Below are positions 27,624 through 32,323 of a DNA stretch of 32,323 nt, one piece after another; position 1 is the first letter of the stretch, and each line of letters starts with the position of its first letter. Both the position numbers and the translations under genes were made by a program. The stretch is taken from assembly GCA_042216015.1 (NCBI GenBank), contig JBDGUI010000035.1:1-32323 (forward strand). Reading direction: 5' to 3'. Below the pieces are notes generated by a model that made no database searches, had not been told where the DNA came from, and worked only from the letters and a program-made list of their open reading frames with translations. Source of the stretch: Halodesulfurarchaeum sp. GTDB taxonomy: Archaea; Halobacteriota; Halobacteria; Halobacteriales; Halobacteriaceae.

Positions 27624-30011
27624 GTGACCGACGATCGCGAACCGGGCGGGCCGAACGATGCAGCGCGGGATGGCGAGGCCTCGACCAGCCTCGGCGTTCC
27701 GGAGATGGACTGTCCGACCTGTGTGAAGAAGGTGGAGACGAGCCTCGACCGGGTCGAGGGCGTCATCGACAGCACCCTCCAGCCGACGACCGGCACGGCG
27801 AGTGTCACCTTCGATCCAGAGCGGACGACCGAATCGGCGGTCATCGAAGCGATCGAGGGCGCCGGCTACGAGGTTAGCGCCGTTTCGGCAGCCGACTCCG
27901 ACGGGGCCGGTGGCAGCGCGGGGAGTCACCGGGACGGATCGGGGGCGGACACCGACGTCGAGGTCGCCCCGCCAAACGAGGTCTGGACGAGTCAGCGGGC
28001 CAAGAAGACCTGGGTCGGGGCCGTTTTCCTCGTGGCCGGGCTCCTCGTGGAGTTCGTGCTCTCCGGCCTGAACCCGACCGTGGGTCAGGTGCTCGGCGTC
28101 CCGATTTCGGTGGCCGCGGTGTTCTTTCTCGTGGCGATCGCGACGAGCGGGGCGCCGGTCGTCCGGGGTGGCTACTACTCCGCCAGGAACGACAGCCTCG
28201 ACATCGACCTGTTGATGGGGGTCGCGATTCTCGCGGCGACGGCCATCGGGTTTTTCGTCGAGGCGGCCACCCTGGCAGTCCTCTTCAGCATCGCCGAACT
28301 GCTCGAGGACTACGCGATGGACCGGGCCCGCGACTCGCTACGAGAATTGCTCGCACTCTCTCCGGACGAGGCGACCGTGATCCGGGAGGGGGAGACAATG
28401 ACGGTCCAGGCCGAGGACGTGTCGCTGGGCGAGACCGTCGCGGTCCGCCCCGGGGAGAAGATCCCGCTCGATGGCCGGGTGACCGCGGGCGAGAGCGCGG
28501 TCGATGAGTCCCCGATCACCGGCGAGAGCGTTCCGGTCGAGAAGGGTCCCGGTGACGAGGTCTTTGCCGGGGCGATCAACGAGTCCGGCTATCTCGAACT
28601 CGAGGTCACCTCGCTTTCGAGCGATTCGACCCTCGCTCGAATCATCGAGATGGTCCAGGGCGCCCAGGCCGAACGGACCGAAACCGAACGGTTCGTCGAC
28701 AGATTTGCGGGGTATTACACGCCGACGGTGGTCGTGCTGGCCCTGTTGACCGCGACCCTTCCGCCACTGTTGATCGTCACGCCGATTCCGGTCGACGTGG
28801 CGGGCTATACCATCACCTTCGCCGGCGACTGGCGGACGTGGTTCATCAGGGGGCTCACGCTCCTGGTGATCGCCTGTCCCTGTGCCTTCGTCATCTCGAC
28901 GCCGGTCTCGGTCGTCTCGGCCGTCACGAGCGCGGCCAAGAACGGCGTGCTCGTGAAGGGCGGCTCCCACCTCGAGGCGATGGGCCGGGTCGACACCGTC
29001 GCCTTCGACAAGACCGGGACGCTGACGGCGGGGAACCTCGCCGTGACGGACATCCTTCCGATGGGCGGGACCGACGAGTCGACGGTCCTGGGCCTGGCCG
29101 CCGCACTCGAGCGGCGGAGCACACACCCCATCGGCGCGGCGGTCCTCGAGAGAGCCGAATCGGCCCGCCTCGCACCGCCGGAGCCAACGACTTTCGAGAA
29201 CCTGGCGGGACGGGGAATCCGGGGCGAGATCGACGGCAAAACGGCCATGGTTGGCAAGCCCGCGCTCTTCGAGGACCATGGATTCGACCTCTCCGGGCCG
29301 GTCCTGCCCGATGGAGGTCCACTCGCGGACGCACAGCGGTCGGAGGAGACCGGCACCCAGGGCTTCGTGGACGCAATCGGCGACCTCGAACGCGACGGCA
29401 AGACGGTGATCCTCGTCGGTCACGGTGACGAACTGCTCGGGGCCATCGCGGTCGCGGACGAAGTGCGCCCAAACGCCGCTCGCGCCGTGGATCGATTGTG
29501 CGACCTGGGGATCGACCGGGTGGTGATGCTGACCGGCGACAACGAGGCCACCGCCCGTGCCATCGCCGAGCAGGTCGGTGTGGACGAGTTCCGGGCCGAA
29601 CTCCTCCCCGAGCAGAAGGTCGAGGCCGTCGAGTCACTCCAGTCCTCGGGGGAAGCCGTGGCGATGGTCGGGGACGGCATCAACGACGCTCCCGCGCTCG
29701 CCACCGCCGAGGTGGGCATCGCGATGGGTGCCGCGGGGACGGACACCGCCCTCGAGACGGCGGATATCGCCCTGATGGGCGACGAGATCGGTCGCATCCC
29801 GTATCTCTATGCTCTCTCCCGGACGGCAAACGGCGTCATCAGACAGAACGTCTGGGCGAGTCTGGGGGTCAAAGCCCTGCTCGCCCTCGGCGTCCCGCTG
29901 GGGCTCGTGAGCGTGGCCCTGGCGGTCGTCGTCGGCGACATGGGGATGAGTCTGGGGGTCACCGGGAACGCGATGCGGCTGTCGGGAATCACCCCCGAGC
30001 GCTTCGACTGA
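27624..30011 (+). CDS. zntA: Heavy-metal P1B-2 type ATPase (Zn/Cd/Pb exporter)
   Basis: HMA MDCPTC, TGES, CPC, DKTGT, STHP, TGDN, GDGINDAP, TM Lys (LGVK) and Asp (GDMG). Start uncertain (27615 or 27624, both GTG). Confidence 0.92.
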   Translation: MTDDREPGGPNDAARDGEASTSLGVPEMDCPTCVKKVETSLDRVEGVIDSTLQPTTGTASVTFDPERTTESAVIEAIEGAGYEVSAVSAADSDGAGGSAGSHRDGSGADTDVEVAPPNEVWTSQRAKKTWVGAVFLVAGLLVEFVLSGLNPTVGQVLGVPISVAAVFFLVAIATSGAPVVRGGYYSARNDSLDIDLLMGVAILAATAIGFFVEAATLAVLFSIAELLEDYAMDRARDSLRELLALSPDEATVIREGETMTVQAEDVSLGETVAVRPGEKIPLDGRVTAGESAVDESPITGESVPVEKGPGDEVFAGAINESGYLELEVTSLSSDSTLARIIEMVQGAQAERTETERFVDRFAGYYTPTVVVLALLTATLPPLLIVTPIPVDVAGYTITFAGDWRTWFIRGLTLLVIACPCAFVISTPVSVVSAVTSAAKNGVLVKGGSHLEAMGRVDTVAFDKTGTLTAGNLAVTDILPMGGTDESTVLGLAAALERRSTHPIGAAVLERAESARLAPPEPTTFENLAGRGIRGEIDGKTAMVGKPALFEDHGFDLSGPVLPDGGPLADAQRSEETGTQGFVDAIGDLERDGKTVILVGHGDELLGAIAVADEVRPNAARAVDRLCDLGIDRVVMLTGDNEATARAIAEQVGVDEFRAELLPEQKVEAVESLQSSGEAVAMVGDGINDAPALATAEVGIAMGAAGTDTALETADIALMGDEIGRIPYLYALSRTANGVIRQNVWASLGVKALLALGVPLGLVSVALAVVVGDMGMSLGVTGNAMRLSGITPERFD

Positions 30012-30157
30012 GTGCGCTCGAGGACTCGTCGTGTGCATCGAAAAGCAGTCGTTTCGGTCTCTCGTGGCTGTCGGAGTCGTTTCTGTGTCTCGTGGCTGCC
30101 GGCTGGGGCTTCCTACGTACAAGCCGCCGCTTGCTCCGTTACCAAATGCGGACGCTG

Positions 30158-30781
30158 TTACCAGCCGCCGCCCATTCCGCCCATGCCACCGCCCATTCCG
30201 TGGCCACCGTAGCCGCCGGGACCGCCGCCGAACCAGTTACCGGGGCCCCAGCCGCCGAAGAAGCCTCCTCCCCCGAACATACCGGGTCCCTGTCCCGGAC
30301 TGTACCCCTGGCCGCCATACGTGCCGGGTTGGCCGCCAAACATGCCGTATCCGTCACCGGCACTGGGACTGTAGCCCCAGGCGGGACCCATGTGGGGTCC
30401 GTGATGCATCCCCGGGCCCATGTATCCACCCGGGACCTGGTATCCCCCGCCCCATCCGGGACTGTACTGGGGAGTGCCAGCGGATTCGTTCCAGGTTCCG
30501 GTCCGGGCGATCATCTGCTCGGCCATCGCGTGGGCGACCACCTCGATGGTGGTGCCGGTCTCCGCTTCGAAGGCCGCGACGCCCTCGGGCCCCATTCGGG
30601 CGGTCATCCACTCGACCATGGCGGCCGCGTAGGCGTCGGTCGTGTTCTCCGTGCTGTACGTTTCCGCGTAGGGGGTCTGTTCGGTCGCCTCACCGTGGGC
30701 GCTCACAGCCGGTGCGATCGCGCCGATGGCGAGGACCGCGACCAGCAGGCCCACGACCAGGATGGCTAGTGTTCGTCTCAT
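30158..30781 (-). CDS. Secreted Gly/Met/Tyr-rich low-complexity hypothetical protein
   Basis: GGAGG SD; signal peptide MRRTLAILVVG...VSA; short helical core WMTARMGPEG..FEAETGTT; Gly-rich C-terminal half. Confidence 0.75.
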   Translation of the reverse strand: MRRTLAILVVGLLVAVLAIGAIAPAVSAHGEATEQTPYAETYSTENTTDAYAAAMVEWMTARMGPEGVAAFEAETGTTIEVVAHAMAEQMIARTGTWNESAGTPQYSPGWGGGYQVPGGYMGPGMHHGPHMGPAWGYSPSAGDGYGMFGGQPGTYGGQGYSPGQGPGMFGGGGFFGGWGPGNWFGGGPGGYGGHGMGGGMGGMGGGW

Positions 30782-31018
30782 CACGTCCCTCCATAGGTGG
30801 GGTGAGTATTTCTCTGCGAGGATCGAAACCGAGCGATTAGAACGTTTTAAAGCGTCTATAAATGGTTGTAACGGTTTTTGTCTGTTCCAACCGTTCGTGG
30901 GGCCGGAATTCGAGAGCGCGCGTCTTTCTCAGTCCCCATGTCGCGTCAACGGTCATTTGGCAGGATTTCGGGCGGCGGTTTCTAGTAGTCCGCCGTTCGT
31001 ATCGAGAAATACAGTTCG

Positions 31019-31678
31019 ATGAACCGACAGTCAGGGGATCCGCTCCGCAACAGGGCTGAGTCTCAGGGGAAGTCACCCCGTCGGCGGGCCGGACTGCTGC
31101 TGGTCGCGGTCGCAGGAACGTTTTTGGCGGTCCTGGTGCTCGCCACCGCGATGGTCCCGGACTATTCCTACCGGACGGCCGCGATTAGCGACCTGGGGGT
31201 CCACCCCGAGACCGCGCTGTTCTTCAACGCCTCGCTCCTGGTCGTGGGCGTCCTCAACCTGCTCGCCGGCGTCTCCTTCCACCGGATCCACGGGAACCGT
31301 TGGCTTCTTCTCACCTATGCCATCGCGAGCGTCGGGGCCGCGGGGGTCGGCCTCGTTCCGCTCGGCAGCGGGCCCCTTCACGGGTTCTTCGCCCTGATTG
31401 CTTTCCTGTTCTTCAACCTGGAGGCGATCGGAAGTGGCCGAAAGACCGGTGGAACCATCCGCAAACTCTCGGTTCTGGCCGGGGCCATCGGGCTCGGATT
31501 CCTGGTCGCGTTCGTGCTGGGCGGGAGCGGCGTGACCGCGGTCTTCGGCCCCTTCGGCTACGGAGGCACCGAACGGATGATCGTCTATCCGGTGCTTACG
31601 TGGGCCCTCGTCTTCGGCGGCTTTCTCCTCGGAACGGAGGCGGGAGAGACGGGAGATGCTGCCGGGAGGGCGAAGTGA
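31019..31678 (+). CDS. DUF998-like membrane protein
   Basis: PDYSY...ISDLG, FN, LH...A, GGTERMIVYP motifs; about 6 TM helices. Confidence 0.82.
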   Translation: MNRQSGDPLRNRAESQGKSPRRRAGLLLVAVAGTFLAVLVLATAMVPDYSYRTAAISDLGVHPETALFFNASLLVVGVLNLLAGVSFHRIHGNRWLLLTYAIASVGAAGVGLVPLGSGPLHGFFALIAFLFFNLEAIGSGRKTGGTIRKLSVLAGAIGLGFLVAFVLGGSGVTAVFGPFGYGGTERMIVYPVLTWALVFGGFLLGTEAGETGDAAGRAK

Positions 31679-31738
31679 CGGCTACGTTGCGGCGCGATGC
31701 GAATCCACGTCGACCGGGCTGTGAAGAACTCGAGACGG

Positions 31739-32323
31739 TCAATCCGTCGTCGGTTCGGGACTCGATTGCCGTCGCGGATCGCCGCGCTCGGAGCCCGGGC
31801 GGTAAAACATCTTCCAGCCGGTCGCGCCCATGAAAATGAGCACGAGCGGGGAGACGAACCCGAAGAAGTAGTACGGGGCGTACTGCACGACGGGCACCCC
31901 GAGAACGGAGGCCATGTACACCCCGCCCGAACTCCAGGGGACGAAGGCCGAGGTGGTGGTCCCGGAGGCCTCGACGGCCCTGGAGAGGTTCCGGCTCTCG
32001 AGGCCGTACTCCTCATAGAGGTTCCCGAGGGTCATGCCCGGCACGACGATGGACATGTACTGTTCGGCCGCGAGGACGTTCATCGAGAAGGTCCCGATCG
32101 CCGTGCCGGCGGTGAGTCCGGCGACGCTTCCGACGGCCTCGCCGGCGTGATAGGCGATCGCCGCCAGGACCCCGGTCTCCTGGAGGATTCCCCCCAGCGC
32201 GAGTGCGGCCACGACGATCGTGACGACCCAGACCGAGCCGGTGAGCCCGCCGCTCTGGAGCAACTCGTTCGTCAACTCGACGCCCGTCTCGGGGCTCGTC
32301 CCCGACTGGACGGTCGCCCACGC
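31739..32323 (-). CDS. NhaC-family antiporter (Na+/H+ or amino-acid antiporter), 5'-truncated by the window
   Basis: Frame open to the window edge. GGLTGS, EQYMSIVVPG, NLSRAVEASGT, VPWSSGGVYMA..LGV, YAPY. Confidence 0.88.
   Translation of the reverse strand, partial: AWATVQSGTSPETGVELTNELLQSGGLTGSVWVVTIVVAALALGGILQETGVLAAIAYHAGEAVGSVAGLTAGTAIGTFSMNVLAAEQYMSIVVPGMTLGNLYEEYGLESRNLSRAVEASGTTTSAFVPWSSGGVYMASVLGVPVVQYAPYYFFGFVSPLVLIFMGATGWKMFYRPGSERGDPRRQSSPEPTTD

Noticed and set aside
1157..29797. Many long antisense or alternate-frame ORFs (e.g. 1157..2338, 8984..10405, 15157..16761, 25051..26514)
   Set aside because: Typical shadows of high-GC codon bias: Arg/Pro/Gly-rich or antisense-pattern composition, fully overlapping well-supported genes.

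Overview
GC-rich chromosomal segment from a halophilic archaeon (Halobacteria), judged from strongly acidic proteins, SAMP1, TiaS, GatD, a thermosome subunit and TATA-box leaderless starts. It holds about 35 CDSs and one tRNA-Ser(GGA), mostly housekeeping: thermosome beta, ridA-ilvA-citrate synthase, tiaS, msrB, gatD, samp1, and a nucleoside-degradation (pentose-bisphosphate) cluster with divergent deoC. The right third is a metal-homeostasis region. It contains feoA-feoB plus a coupled 55-aa, 8-Cys ORF behind a DtxR-type operator. It also contains an HTH_10 regulator, a P1B Zn/Cd ATPase and a secreted Gly/Met/Tyr-rich protein, with a shared TTCCAACCG motif in three of the surrounding intergenic regions. 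The most unusual non-coding signals are two related modular stacked-hairpin elements with covarying stems (170-604 and 3916-4076), a ~21-bp-phased CCCAA repeat array (6405-6535) and a candidate sRNA upstream of ilvA. No transposase, integrase or CRISPR-Cas was seen. Product calls come from motif recognition only, with no database searches.
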